Positions 1 to 11,112 of a stretch of 64,000 bases of DNA are shown here, in pieces; positions within the stretch are counted from its first letter, which is position 1; each line of letters opens with the position of its first letter. The translations under genes and the position numbers were made by a program. Source of the stretch: an uncultured virus (IMG/VR IMGVR_UViG_2061766007_000520) (lineage: Duplodnaviria > Heunggongvirae > Uroviricota > Caudoviricetes); the IMG/VR virus record IMGVR_UViG_2061766007_000520, one strand, 5' to 3'. Under the pieces are notes generated by a model. The model worked only from the letters and a program-made list of their open reading frames with translations, did no database searches and was not told where the DNA came from.

Positions 1-822
1 GATTGGGCAGTTGACAACATAAGCTATGACAAAGATAAGAATCAGGTTGTACTTGATTTCGAGAAGAAAGGCTGGTCAGAATACTTTGAGGCGAATATTG
101 ACAGTGCCAAGCTGTCTAATGTTTCAACACAGTCAGTATACTCGACACAGACATCAGAAGTCACGGCATTAAAGACATTGGATATGTTCTATTCAACATG
201 TGACAAACAGCAGGTGTGCTCAGGACGTGGGTATGTCAATCATAACTTTGTTGCGCAGTGCGTGTCACAATCAGTTGAGAACATTCAAGTCAAGATGCTT
301 CAGCAAAAGTTTACTTTTGTTCTTAAAGAAGTGACATTGCTTCCTATGCAAATATTGTTTAAGGCACTAGAGTCTGTGCGTAAGGGAATTATAGAACAAG
401 TAGATGCTTCAGGTNNNNNNNNNNATTTGAATCTGTCTACGCCTGATACATACAAGCAGAACACAGCTGTGCTTAAACCTGTCAATGACAGCGAGTTGTC
501 ATTCGATGTACAGTCTGTCAGACAGGAACAGAGCGTAGATGACCCTTACAGTACGATTCTTACGATATGCGCGGCTGCCCTTGGTTCATTGAGAGATTGG
601 GCAGTTGACAACATAAGCTATGACAAAGATAAGAATCAGGTTGTGCTTGATTTCGAGAAGAAAGGCTGGTCAGAATACTTTGAGGTGAATATTGACAGTG
701 CCAAGCTGTCTAATGTCTCAACACAATCAGTATACTCAACACAGACATCAGAAGTCACGGCGTTGAAGACACTGGATATGTTCTATTCAACATGTGACAA
801 ACAGCAGGTGTGCTCAGGACGT
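1..822. repeat. Near-identical direct duplication (1-228 vs 595-822), probably strain-variant contigs
   Basis: GATTGGGCAGTTGACAAC…TCAGGACGT occurs at both positions with scattered, mostly synonymous SNPs; the second copy ends at an N gap. Confidence 0.85.
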
Positions 823-2959
823 NNNNNNNNNNGTTATCTTGCTGCAGATATTGCATGTAACTATATAAATATAGGTATAGACCTTATCAGCACGTTGCTT
901 GAAGCCCTTGGCGGTGGCAAGCTTCAGTCTTCTGTTACTGCTGCAAACAATCATGGCGAGCGTAATATTGAGGCAAAGCATAAGTATGGCTCACGTTCTG
1001 AAAGCTTCATGTGGCCTTGTTTTGGTATAATTACCCCGCAGCGTATTACAGATGAAGCAGTTGAGGTCGTTATGCAGAACAAGCCTTGGAAGCTTGATAC
1101 TCCTACAAAAGACCCGATTAAGCAGAATGTCTATGTGCAGCCTAATTTTACTACGGTTACTATATCCGGTGATATACGTGATAAGTTCAAGGGTGATGTA
1201 CCATATTTTGTTGCTATGGTAAAAGGAAAGCATAAGACTGTTACTCTTCCNNNNNNNNNNNNNNNNNNNNNNNNNNNNNNNNNNNNNNNNNNNNNNNNNN
1301 NNNNNNNNNNNNNNNNNNNNNNNNNNNNNNNNNNNNNNNNNNNNNNNNNNNNNNNNNNNNNNNNNNNNNNNNNNNNNNNNNNNNNNNNNNNNNNNNNNNN
1401 NNNNNNNNNNNNNNNNNNNNNNNNNNNNNNNNNNNNNNNNNNNNNNNNNNNNNNNNNNNNNNNNNNNNNNNNNNNNNNNNNNNNNNNNNNNNNNNNNNNN
1501 NNNNNNNNNNNNNNNNNNNNNNNNNNNNNAGACATTGCAGTATGCTTTCCTTGTCAATGACAGGTTCAAGAGAAGCAACAAGCTGCCGCCGAATGAGTTC
1601 ATGGGTAACTTCAAGGGCGACCCGATTGTTGATATACATGGTGATATGAACGACAGCGTATTTGCCATTGTCACGCAGCCGGGCGAGAACACAGGACTTT
1701 CTGCCGGTGCTGTCGGTGAGGATAAGGATGTAAGGCGTTACGCGCTTCCTGTATTCTCTGAGTTCGTGAACACGCTGCCTGCCGTAGTGAAGACTGTATC
1801 ATCACAGACGCTTGCGGTCATTGACGGCGTTACGTCACTTACTACGGCTAACCGTGATTTGCAGACAGCATATAAGTCACCTGTGTCCATTGACTTCTCG
1901 ATAGGCAAGAATAAGTACAGGTACACTTATGAGTACATCTGCTCCGTTGAGAATGATGATGCTACCGGTGTGACTATTGTGACTGAGCTTGTTCCGTGCT
2001 TGGGACTGAAGTTCGTAGGTTCCACGCCTTATGAGGCATACCTCTATTCTGATGCCACAAGGCAGTATTACAAGTTCACAGGCGGCACGTCAATCAGTTC
2101 CGTTGACACTATAGAGCGTTTCCGTGACGTAATATCCGGACGGTATGACTTTATCAGTCAGGAAGTGATTCTTCCTTGTGTCGCTACGTTCGACAGGCTT
2201 GACGGCAAGGTGCATGATGATGATGATGAGACTGACAACGTGATTGTCCCGCGTCTTAAAGACAACGGTTTCATCGGTGAAGTCCCGCCGCCGCTTGACA
2301 CTATCTACAATAAGAAGTTCAGGACGCTGAGCCTTCCGTCAGGTGTTGCTTTCCAAGGTCCGAACAGATGTATCATCAACAGGTTCGTTGTCCAAGATTA
2401 CATGGTTGACCAGATAAAAAGCAACTACGGCAAGTGGAAGAGGGTGTCTAGGGAAGAGTATCATCCGTTCCGTGAGTATAAGGAGAAGTTCAGCAATGTC
2501 GAGACTTTCCTCGATGACAGCGTGAGCGTAAAAGGCTGGACGCATAATCCGTTCCTGTTGGTCACTGCTCCGCTCGGCGTTGATGAAGCCGTTGACTGTA
2601 TGTTTGAATGGGAGATAACGTTCTGTTGGCCTGTTGAAATGGACAAGCTCTATGGCAAGGATAACTATGCCGTAGTGAGCATAACCGCAGAGACGATGAC
2701 ACCGGGTGGCAAGGTAGTGGCTGATAGGCCTGCCCACGTGTTCCTGACAAAAGAACTGTTTGCTAGGTCAGGTAACTATGGCTACTACAGCTTCCGTTAC
2801 CAGAGTAAATGTGGTATAGGCAATAGGGAACGGCTTCATATATGGAGTGACCAGTATGTGTGCATCAGCGGGCTGCAGCTTGAGTACAAGCCGCTGACAC
2901 AGAAACGCACTGAGATACTGACGCAGCAGGCTGATTTGGCAGGTTTACAGGAAATATAA
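1..2959 (+). CDS. C-terminal part of a very large tail (nozzle/tube-like) structural protein that begins at 58577 and wraps around the circle; broken by gaps
   Basis: ORFs 178..1560 and 1535..2959 are open across the N gaps with no start or RBS of their own (…ACA TTG CAG TAT continues from the gap). The window end 63856-63965 overlaps 1141-1250. The gene lies directly after the portal. Confidence 0.55.
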
Positions 2960-2993
2960 TCTGTGGTAATATGAAAGAATAGAGAGGCTGAAT

Positions 2994-5616
2994 ATGAAGT
3001 TTGACCCTGAGCATATAAAAGGAAATCCACCTTTAAGTACATTTGTGAACGACCCTGATACCTATGACAAAGAGTGGTGGGACGGCTACAGGGCGTATAT
3101 TAAACAGAAAGAACAGGGGGGCAATATGGTAAATGAGCAGCCACAGGAAACAAGCAGCAGGCGCATAAATCCTGCGGATATTTCTGCTATCACTACATAT
3201 GGTCAGTTGAGCAATATTGACAAACATCGCGTCCGGCATGAGCATGACGCTGACGGAAATCTTACAGGCACAGTGTACTGTGCTTTTGATGCCGAGGACA
3301 ACCCTGTATTTTTCCGCGTAAAGCCGGGGAAAGAAGGCCTTACTACAAACAGCCCGGTAGAGTATGTGCCTGACTTCCAGCCTTCTGAGAGCGAGCAGAT
3401 AGCCATATCGAACGCACTTCTTAACCTTAAAACCAGTGAATTGCAGGCACAGCCGCAGGCTGCATCGGAACAGCCTGCTACACAGCCACAAGTACCGGAG
3501 CAGACACCGGAACAGCCGGAATCAGTCACGACACCGGAGCAAACGCAATCAGCTGTTGAAGCCGCTAAGCGTGTTAGGAAAGCTGTGGGTGACCGCCTTG
3601 CGGAAGCAGAAAGGCAGGCAGAACGCTCCAAAAACCAGAAGCAGAACAGCATTTCCCGTGACAAGGCTCTTGCCAATCTACAGCAGGAATATAAGAAGCG
3701 GCTTGATGACTGGAACAGGACGGTAGGCACACATGGCGGCTATCCCAATACAGAAGACGAGTTCGCGAGGCAGCAGCTTGAGAAATGGTACACTGAGCAG
3801 AAAAATCATATAAACGAGCTTTATGACCAAGCACAGAAAGTCAAGGTAAAAGGCAACGTGACATCCGAGGACATCAGCAACGCCGCTACCGGCGCGATTA
3901 CCGGACTGTCCGACTACTTTGCGCAGCGTTTGCGCGGCAAGGAGGATGCTCCCGGTGCTCAGAATCTCCGGAATCAGGCCGCGTTGCACGACAAGCAGGC
4001 GGCAGACGAGCAGGCGAACGAGCAGCAGAACAGGCAGATTGCCAACCGTGACTACAGGGGCGAGGCAGAGAAGAACGCGGTCGCAGGCGCGGCTACTGAG
4101 AACGCGCAGAAAGTCGCCAATCTTGGGAACGTGTCTGCCGGTGCTGNNNNNNNNNNNNNNAGCTGACTATGATACGCACATGGCGCGTCAGGACGAGCAG
4201 CGTGAGAAAGCTGTCGAGAAACAGCGTGAGGCTTACGGTGCTCAGCAGACGGCTGAGGAAGAGCGGCAGGCAGCGGAAGCGGAGAACAATGACAAGCAGA
4301 ACATGGATTTCTATAACAATATAGCACGCTACCTTTCTATGGGCGGCAATCAGACTGCAGGCAGCGATGAGAAAGAAGAGGTCACGACCGGTGAGGGTAC
4401 AGGCAGCAACGGCACGCTTCCTGTGTCAGAGGAATCCAAAGATGAGCCTACGCCTACACCTACACCGACAGCTGATGAGCCTACGCCTACACCGGAAGGC
4501 GAAGGTGCGGGTGATGAGCAGCCTGAAGCAACGTCTTCGGCCAAGGACAACAAGTGGAAGTTCGGCGAGCTGTACGACAAGTATAATCCGGATGACAAGA
4601 TTCTTAAAGACAGCAAGCGGCTGGAGCGTACGTTCGGCACATGGCAGAACTTCCTCAATGATACTGACACTGAGGGCATGTCCGAGGGTGAGATTGCCGA
4701 GGCTTTCAAAAAGTACAACGATGAGTATGAGGAACCTTATAAGATATGGGGTGCTACGCAGGCAAACGGTGACTTCAGGGATTTGCCGGAGGAACAGCAG
4801 GGCGAGCTTAAAGATGAGTTCAAGAAACGCACATCTGCGTTCTACCAGTGGCGTGATGCTAATCCCGACAAAGCGGAGCTGTCTTTCGATGACCAGATGA
4901 AGCTGTTCATGCAGGATTACCTGAAGCAGCAGTACCCTGATGCCGGCAAAGACAGGTCGGATATTGCCGGGTCAAGCTCTGTTACTGGCGGAAACCCTAC
5001 GTCAGAAGGTAATTATCGCAGAAAACCACTGTCAAATGCTGCCGGTTCACAGCCGGAGCCAGAGAGCAAAGGTGAGGGCTTTGCGCCATTGTGGAAAGCG
5101 GCATCAGATACAATGCAGCTTGCACAGGGCAAAGAACCGGCACCGGAGCAGCAGACTACACCGGAACAGCCGGAATCTGCTGTAACCAATGCTCCGGAAC
5201 CGGAACCAGAGCCAGAAGCACAGCCACAGGCACAGAATACAGGTTTATCATGGATAGATGGCACCGGCTCATTGCAGAAACGTTTGGGCGAAGTCATAGG
5301 CGCGGAAATCAAGCCTGTAGAGGGCAAAGACGGTGAGTATACAATCAACGGCGAAGACAGGCCTCTTAATGCAAAAGAACAGGAAGCCGTGAGAAGTTGG
5401 TTGGATGCTAACGGCACAAATATTACGACACGCAACCGCAATAGTGACGGTTGGAACGCTTTTGGCCAGTGGCTTTTGTCACATGGCATGCCTGAAAGGG
5501 ACTTGCTTCCTATAGATATGATGAGGGAAGAAGAGCGCGGCGACCCTACGGCTTGGCAGCCGAGCGGCACTGTTACCGGTGCTCTTCTTGACGGATATGA
5601 CAGGGGGTTAGCATAA
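2994..5616 (+). CDS. Large acidic, Q/E/P-rich internal virion (ejection-like) protein; one gene split by the gap at 4147-4160
   Basis: ORF 2994..4166 continues after the gap in the frame of ORF 3919..5616 (ADYDTHM…). It has internal TPEQPES and DEPTPTP repeats and lies in the structural cluster. Confidence 0.55.
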
Positions 5617-5954
5617 TGTCAGACAGTATTTGGGATAAATCAAAGTGGAACGCATGGATTCGTCCTGCAGCGGAATGGAACGCTAATCCTGCTGATTATA
5701 TGAATAAAAGTCAGCCAGATGAAAAGGTTGACCTGACAGCGGAAACTTTGAAAGGGAAATATGCCGACCTTATCGCAAGTGACCCGATAGAGGCACGTAA
5801 GAAGATACTTGACGAGCTTCTTGCGGCCAATATAGACTGGCATAAGGGCGAGTACAAGGACCTCTTTGACATGCTCAACAGCAAGGCAGTGGAGTTCACT
5901 GATTCTGACAGCAGGCAGAAGAACATAGTCAAAGGCGTATGCAGTAAATACTAG
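5616..5954 (+). CDS. Small hypothetical head-region protein ending SDSRQKNIVKGVCSKY
   Basis: 112 aa ORF coupled to the upstream gene (TAATG). Confidence 0.7.
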   Translation: MSDSIWDKSKWNAWIRPAAEWNANPADYMNKSQPDEKVDLTAETLKGKYADLIASDPIEARKKILDELLAANIDWHKGEYKDLFDMLNSKAVEFTDSDSRQKNIVKGVCSKY

Positions 5955-5962
5955 GAGGCTAT

Positions 5963-6573
5963 ATGACACGCGATGCAATCAAGGAAGCCATACTTAAAAT
6001 GGCACTGAAACAGTTTAAGAAAGAACTCAGCACACCGGGTTCTGCCGTTGCCATGAAGTTCAATACTATGTTATACGGTGACCCCGCGAAGGGTACGCCG
6101 GGACTTTTTGACAAGTTCACGGAATATGACCCCAAAGAGGGCATAATGACCGAGGAACAGCTTCAGGATGAGATTGACCGGTATAAGCGCAGTATGGGAC
6201 AGACTGCAGCGGATGTCGCGGGTACTACGCTCAGCACTTTGGGGCAGGGCGCGGGCAAGACGATTGCGGGCGGCTCTAACCTTTTGGGTAATGCTCTTAT
6301 AGCCATGAGCAGGAGCAGGGCCGGAAACATCGCCAACCCTATCGCGCCGCTTTTGGGTGCCGCAGGCAATGTGGCGGNNNNNNNNNNNNNNNNNNNNNNN
6401 NNNNTGCTCTCAGTACCGTGGGCAAGGCAATCGGTGCTGTCAGCAATGACATCAAGAGCAACCGTGAGAAAGAACGAGAGGCAGAGCTTCTTATCCGCGA
6501 GCATCCGAACGGAGCGTTCTACGATGCCCGCCGCAAGCTGACGACCGGTGTTCAGAAAGGGTACTCGGTATGA
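5963..6573 (+). CDS. Gly/Ala-rich putative internal/ejection protein (frame corrected across the gap)
   Basis: GGAGG RBS. After the gap the reading continues ALSTVGKAIGAVSND…QKGYSV* and ends at 6573, overlapping the next ATG. Confidence 0.55.
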
Positions 6574-7337
6574 TGGAATTGGCTGCGATACCTGCTGTAA
6601 TGGCGATAAAGGATGTTACAGGAGATGTGCTTTCAGCCGGCGGCGAGGGCCTTGACATGCTCGGTGACGTTGCGGGGGATGTCGGTGACAGCATGGAGAA
6701 TCAGGAGATTGCTAACCCTGTGGCTCCGCTCATTCAGGGCGCGGGCAAAGTGTTTGACGTGGTTGGCAAGGGTGCCAAGTTTCTTGGTGATGTCATCGGT
6801 TCTGACGAGCGTATCAAAGATGTCGTTGACGGCATAGATGATGTCATGGCGAATCTTTTTGAGGAATATCTCAGGTCGCCTGCGTTCAAGGAAGCCGCTG
6901 CGGAGTACATCGGCCCTTATGTGATATCTGATTTCAACGAGAAGATACTGCGTGAATATGCCAACAAGGAAGGCCCTCTTTCGGAAAGGGACCTTGCCGT
7001 TGTTTCATATCTCATGGGAAAAGGTGACGGTGACCTTGACCCTATGGAGTCCAACAACTGGACAGATGACATGGTGCAGGAATATGCGGAGAATCTGCGG
7101 AACTTCCTGTATACATATAAAAACTCTGCCAAGGTGGTTGACCCGTCCATTGACCCGAACGAGTATCATCGCGGGCCTATGGCACAGGATATTGAGAAAG
7201 TCGCGCCTGATTGTGTCAAGGAAACAGAAGAGGGCGTGAAGGTTGTGGACGGCAACAGGCTTGCTCTTGTCAATGCCGGCGTAATCGGTGACCTTGCCAG
7301 AAGGCTCATAGAATTGGAGGACAGGGTATATGGCTAA
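6570..7337 (+). CDS. Peptidase S74 (intramolecular chaperone, autocleaving) domain protein
   Basis: GSDERIKDV cleavage motif, FLYTYK, RGPMAQDIEKVAPDCV, VD…L and a C-terminal coiled coil RRLIELE, all typical of S74 domains. Confidence 0.75.
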   Translation: MMELAAIPAVMAIKDVTGDVLSAGGEGLDMLGDVAGDVGDSMENQEIANPVAPLIQGAGKVFDVVGKGAKFLGDVIGSDERIKDVVDGIDDVMANLFEEYLRSPAFKEAAAEYIGPYVISDFNEKILREYANKEGPLSERDLAVVSYLMGKGDGDLDPMESNNWTDDMVQEYAENLRNFLYTYKNSAKVVDPSIDPNEYHRGPMAQDIEKVAPDCVKETEEGVKVVDGNRLALVNAGVIGDLARRLIELEDRVYG

Positions 7338-8280
7338 AACGAATGATGTACAGGGTACGAAGGTAGACCTCTCAAGCGAGGACCGGAGGGCTTCTGCCGA
7401 AGATACTTTGTCCCAAGCGACCAACGCATATTCAAACGCTGCTCAGGAAGCTGACCTCAGCACAGGCTCGGAACGGCAGGAAGACATTCTTAACAACCTT
7501 ACGCCGGACCAGTTCTACAAGATTTACGGTTACTGGAACTGGAACCTTGCCAAGAACAATGCCAAGGGCAACCTCAACAACAAGACATATGGAAACAACC
7601 TGTACAATTCCCGCCTTGCGGATGCTTTCAACAACCGCAAATACTGGAAGGCGGCGCGTATCGGGCACAGGACGAACAGCGGCTTTGGAAGCACAGGACT
7701 TCAGCAGGGTCAGGCGGTGCAGTACAATCCCATAGAGACGCAGGAAACACGCCAGCAGCGTGCCAATGAGCAGATTGACCTGCTTGCGCGTCAGGGACAG
7801 CAGAACCTTGCCACTCAGATGCAGGGATACAAGTTCAACGTACAGCAGAACGCTGACAAGATACGTCAGGGCTTGAGCGAGCTTATAACAAAGAACAAGA
7901 TTGACCTCAACAAGCATGCGCAGGAAAGTATATGGGACGAGCAGTACAAGGGAAGCTGGGATGCTTACTGGCAGAACTCGATGGCCCGGTTTGCCAAGGA
8001 ACTTGACCAAGACATCAAGAACAGGGTGCTCAACGCCGTCAATAAGCTTGATGCTCCGCTGAAGCAGATTTACATGAGCTTGCAGGGCGGCACTGCTCCT
8101 GACCTTCTGACTGACATTGCTTATAAGTATATCAACAATTCGCTCGGTGATTTGGAGCCGGGTTCGGAAGCGTACAATGCCGCTCTTATGGAAGGTGTAG
8201 GCCGCGTGGCTTCGCTCTTCGGCGAGGGTATTGGCACAGTGCTCAAAGAAGTGCTTTCAGGCTTATTCGGAGGTAAATGA
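7330..8280 (+). CDS. Gln/Asn-rich putative internal virion protein
   Basis: 316 aa ORF with RBS, located in the structural cluster. Confidence 0.5.
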   Translation: MAKTNDVQGTKVDLSSEDRRASAEDTLSQATNAYSNAAQEADLSTGSERQEDILNNLTPDQFYKIYGYWNWNLAKNNAKGNLNNKTYGNNLYNSRLADAFNNRKYWKAARIGHRTNSGFGSTGLQQGQAVQYNPIETQETRQQRANEQIDLLARQGQQNLATQMQGYKFNVQQNADKIRQGLSELITKNKIDLNKHAQESIWDEQYKGSWDAYWQNSMARFAKELDQDIKNRVLNAVNKLDAPLKQIYMSLQGGTAPDLLTDIAYKYINNSLGDLEPGSEAYNAALMEGVGRVASLFGEGIGTVLKEVLSGLFGGK

Positions 8281-9473
8281 TGCTTCAGATAGACATGCGA
8301 CATTTTGCGTCTGATGCGCTTGAGGATGCCATGCGTCTTGCGCAGACTAAGGCACTCAACAGCTATACATTCTCCGATTGCCTGAGCTTTCTTAACTATG
8401 CTTGGCGTGACATCTACGACAGGGTAGCTGCTATTGATGACGGTTATTATGGTGTTAATGTCAAGCTTACGAAGAAGCTTACTACGTTGCCGCCGTTTGT
8501 TAAGAACTCGCTTATGGTATACTCCGCGCAGACACCTATAGGCTATGACAGGCGTGCTTATCGTTCTGCTAACTTTGAGGAAATTACTTCTGCTTGTACA
8601 TACCGGATAAGCGGACGTGACCTTTATTGCGAGGATGTAGGACGCAGGCCTGTATGGTTGTACTACGTCCCTGTGTGCAGCCAGCTGTTCTTCACGCATC
8701 ATAACCGTGACCCCAAGCTCTATGAGAACAGCGTTGACGGTGAGCATGTAGTTCATTGGGGGCATGACACCGTAAGGAGCAACGTATACAACCTGTTCAT
8801 ACTTCATGGCTACATCCACTACGATGAAGAGGGTGCTACGGATGTCGAGGTTGATTTTACGTTACCGGGTACAACTGCTGCTCAGATTAAAGAGATAAAC
8901 AAATGGACAATGGAGCACAGGGGCACAGGAAACGTAGAGGATGTCACTGACATGTTCGCCGTTCCTGTTGATGATGACGATGACGGAAACTGGCAGCTCT
9001 GCTATGTGTCCTGTGATTATCCATATATATTCCTTACTTACGAGCACAGCATAACAGGCGAGCATATATCAGGGTTCCTTGATGCCGGAAGGCAGTTCAA
9101 TGCCTATAATCCGTTTGATTTCACCGGACGCAATTCAAACGTTGAGTACATTGACTGCAGGTGGAACGACAAGACCGGAATGGGCGTGTTCATAAAGGAC
9201 TGGAATGACCTTGATGAGAACAACTTGCCGAGAATCAAGGAACTCGGCTGGACGCCTGACTCATTGCTTGACTACCCGGCTACTGAAATGTACCGCTATC
9301 TTGTTGCCCGGCTTGCCGACAAGCTTGCGGCCCTTAACGAATCAGATGTAATGGGTGTCAAGAAAGAGCTTATCGAAGCGCAGTATGCTTTCGAGGCTTT
9401 CCTTGACAAAGATAAGGCTTCATGGAAGCGCATAACGAATGTCAACCCGCCATCAATTGCGGACTACTTGTAG
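8277..9473 (+). CDS. Head-tail adaptor / tail tubular protein A-like
   Basis: N-terminal helical motif (…SDCLSFLNYAWRDIYD…) and C-terminal LLDYP…YLVARLA, as in podovirus adaptor proteins. Confidence 0.55.
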   Translation: MMLQIDMRHFASDALEDAMRLAQTKALNSYTFSDCLSFLNYAWRDIYDRVAAIDDGYYGVNVKLTKKLTTLPPFVKNSLMVYSAQTPIGYDRRAYRSANFEEITSACTYRISGRDLYCEDVGRRPVWLYYVPVCSQLFFTHHNRDPKLYENSVDGEHVVHWGHDTVRSNVYNLFILHGYIHYDEEGATDVEVDFTLPGTTAAQIKEINKWTMEHRGTGNVEDVTDMFAVPVDDDDDGNWQLCYVSCDYPYIFLTYEHSITGEHISGFLDAGRQFNAYNPFDFTGRNSNVEYIDCRWNDKTGMGVFIKDWNDLDENNLPRIKELGWTPDSLLDYPATEMYRYLVARLADKLAALNESDVMGVKKELIEAQYAFEAFLDKDKASWKRITNVNPPSIADYL

Positions 9474-9483
9474 GAGGATAAAT

Positions 9484-9957
9484 ATGACTAATTGGCCATC
9501 AGTTGAGGGCAGCTCAACACAACGTCCGCTTCTTGAATCAATGCAGAAGTATCTTAAAGGCAAAGGTATTTCTGCTGAGGATGTTGCTAAGGAACCTGAA
9601 AATTGGTTGAAGAAAATCTTTCTTGATTACAGCAGATTAGTACCTGATGATATACAAGGCTTACAGGAAATATACAATTATGGAAATAACAGGCTTAACG
9701 CTATACCTTATTTTGCAGGTACGATGAGGCATTATTTTCCTGAGAAGGACTATCCTGAAGATGACCTTGCGCTTGATGAAAATAATCCTTGGAATCTAGA
9801 CGTATACTCAATAAACGACCTTACTGATAATGATATTTCACCTGAAGACTGGAGCGAAATGCAGCATGGCCTTAGTCGTGAGATTATACGCCAGATGGAC
9901 ATTGCCAAAAAGCATCAGGATAACATCGTAAAAGGTGTTTCCGACCCTTGGAGCTGA
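9484..9957 (+). CDS. Acidic hypothetical protein ending QDNIVKGVSDPWS
   Basis: GGAGG RBS before the ATG at 9484; more AT-rich than its neighbours. Confidence 0.7.
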   Translation: MTNWPSVEGSSTQRPLLESMQKYLKGKGISAEDVAKEPENWLKKIFLDYSRLVPDDIQGLQEIYNYGNNRLNAIPYFAGTMRHYFPEKDYPEDDLALDENNPWNLDVYSINDLTDNDISPEDWSEMQHGLSREIIRQMDIAKKHQDNIVKGVSDPWS

Positions 9958-9959
9958 TT

Positions 9960-10268
9960 ATGACCGTAGAAGAAAGAGAAAGTGCGGAGATAAACTATCC
10001 CGAAGACTGCATACAGTTCCTTGAGGACTATCTCAGGCGTAACATGAGCTATGATTCCATGCGGAACAAGGCCGTCAGGGATGCTGTCGAGAGGCGGCTC
10101 TCCTTTACGGTAAAAGACTTTGGCGACAGGCATGGGGTTGATGTACCGGATAATGACACGGCTTCGATAGTCAATGAGGCTATTGACCGTTTCATGGATA
10201 ATTGGAAAGGCAAGACAGAGGGCGAGGACAACAGGAGCCATCAGCTAGGCAAAAGTACGTTCAAGTGA
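9960..10268 (+). CDS. Hypothetical protein
   Basis: ATG at 9960 after GGAG; open ORF of about 102 aa. Confidence 0.6.
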   Translation: MTVEERESAEINYPEDCIQFLEDYLRRNMSYDSMRNKAVRDAVERRLSFTVKDFGDRHGVDVPDNDTASIVNEAIDRFMDNWKGKTEGEDNRSHQLGKSTFK

Positions 10269-10289
10269 TAAAATCTTGTCTTTTGTATA

Positions 10290-10318
10290 TTTACAACGGC
10301 ATATAATTGTGCTAGAAT
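10290..10318 (+). promoter_or_regulatory. Sigma70-type promoter for the head operon
   Basis: TTTACA-17 nt-TAGAAT with an extended TG; same layout as 52590-52618. Confidence 0.6.
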
Positions 10319-10374
10319 AAAGCAGATAGTAGTAATAGAAGCTGTTTGTTTTATGTATAACAGTGGAGGTATTT

Positions 10375-11103
10375 ATGGAATTACCTGAACTTCAGCAGGG
10401 ACTTGAGGCTATTCAACAGGGTCAGCCCGCCGCTGCGCCGCAGCCACAGGAAGCACCGTGGCTTAACATGGATAACATGATGGGGGCATACGGTAGTTGG
10501 TTTGGTAACGATGCCGGACTTGGCGAAGAGCTGCTTGCTCAGCTTCGTGCCAGAGGCGTTGATACGCAGGCTGCTACAGAGGCAATGCTCCGTGAGCTGC
10601 TTACAGGACTTGTGGAAGACACAAACTTGCTTCAGCAGAAATTGTCAGGTTTTATGACAATGCTTCAGCAGCAGGTACAGCAGACACAGGCTGTCACCGA
10701 TTCTATTCAGGCAGCTTTGGACAGTCAGGGTGCCAACCCGATTGCAACTGAAGTGCTCCCGCCTTCTGGTGGCGAAATGCCTGTTATGAATGACATCCCG
10801 CCGGATATGGGCGCGGGCGGCGAGCCTACCATGCCGCCTGAAGAATCAAACGTGCCGCCTGCGGAAGAGCCGCCTGTTCCGGGAGAACCCCCGGCAGAGG
10901 AACCGCCTGCGGAAGAGCCTGCGGCACCTGATGAGACTGCTCCGAAAGACAAGGGCAGTGACGTAAGAATCAAAGACATCAAAAACTATACCCTTTCAGA
11001 CGCAGCTATGAAAAATGTCAAGCTCACGATGGCAGAGCGCAAGAAACAGCGCGGCAATGCCCTGAGCAACAACATCCTTGCTGCATGTCAGCAGGGGTTC
11101 TAG
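10375..11103 (+). CDS. Scaffold-like acidic, Pro-rich protein with C-terminal SDVRIKDI and SDAAMKNV motifs
   Basis: GGAGG RBS; coiled coil plus a P/E-rich linker; two genes upstream of the capsid gene. Confidence 0.5.
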   Translation: MELPELQQGLEAIQQGQPAAAPQPQEAPWLNMDNMMGAYGSWFGNDAGLGEELLAQLRARGVDTQAATEAMLRELLTGLVEDTNLLQQKLSGFMTMLQQQVQQTQAVTDSIQAALDSQGANPIATEVLPPSGGEMPVMNDIPPDMGAGGEPTMPPEESNVPPAEEPPVPGEPPAEEPPAEEPAAPDETAPKDKGSDVRIKDIKNYTLSDAAMKNVKLTMAERKKQRGNALSNNILAACQQGF

Positions 11104-11112
11104 GAGGGCAAT

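Noticed and set aside
1..822. 228-bp direct repeat considered as a DGR TR/VR pair or a true tandem domain duplication
   Set aside because: The differences are mostly synonymous third-position changes, not adenine-specific, and the copies sit at contig or gap edges; strain-variant scaffolding explains them.
4147..6404. Programmed frameshifts or pseudogenes at frame changes (also at 30119, 52906, 53786, 60210, 60425)
   Set aside because: Every frame change coincides with an N gap of estimated length.
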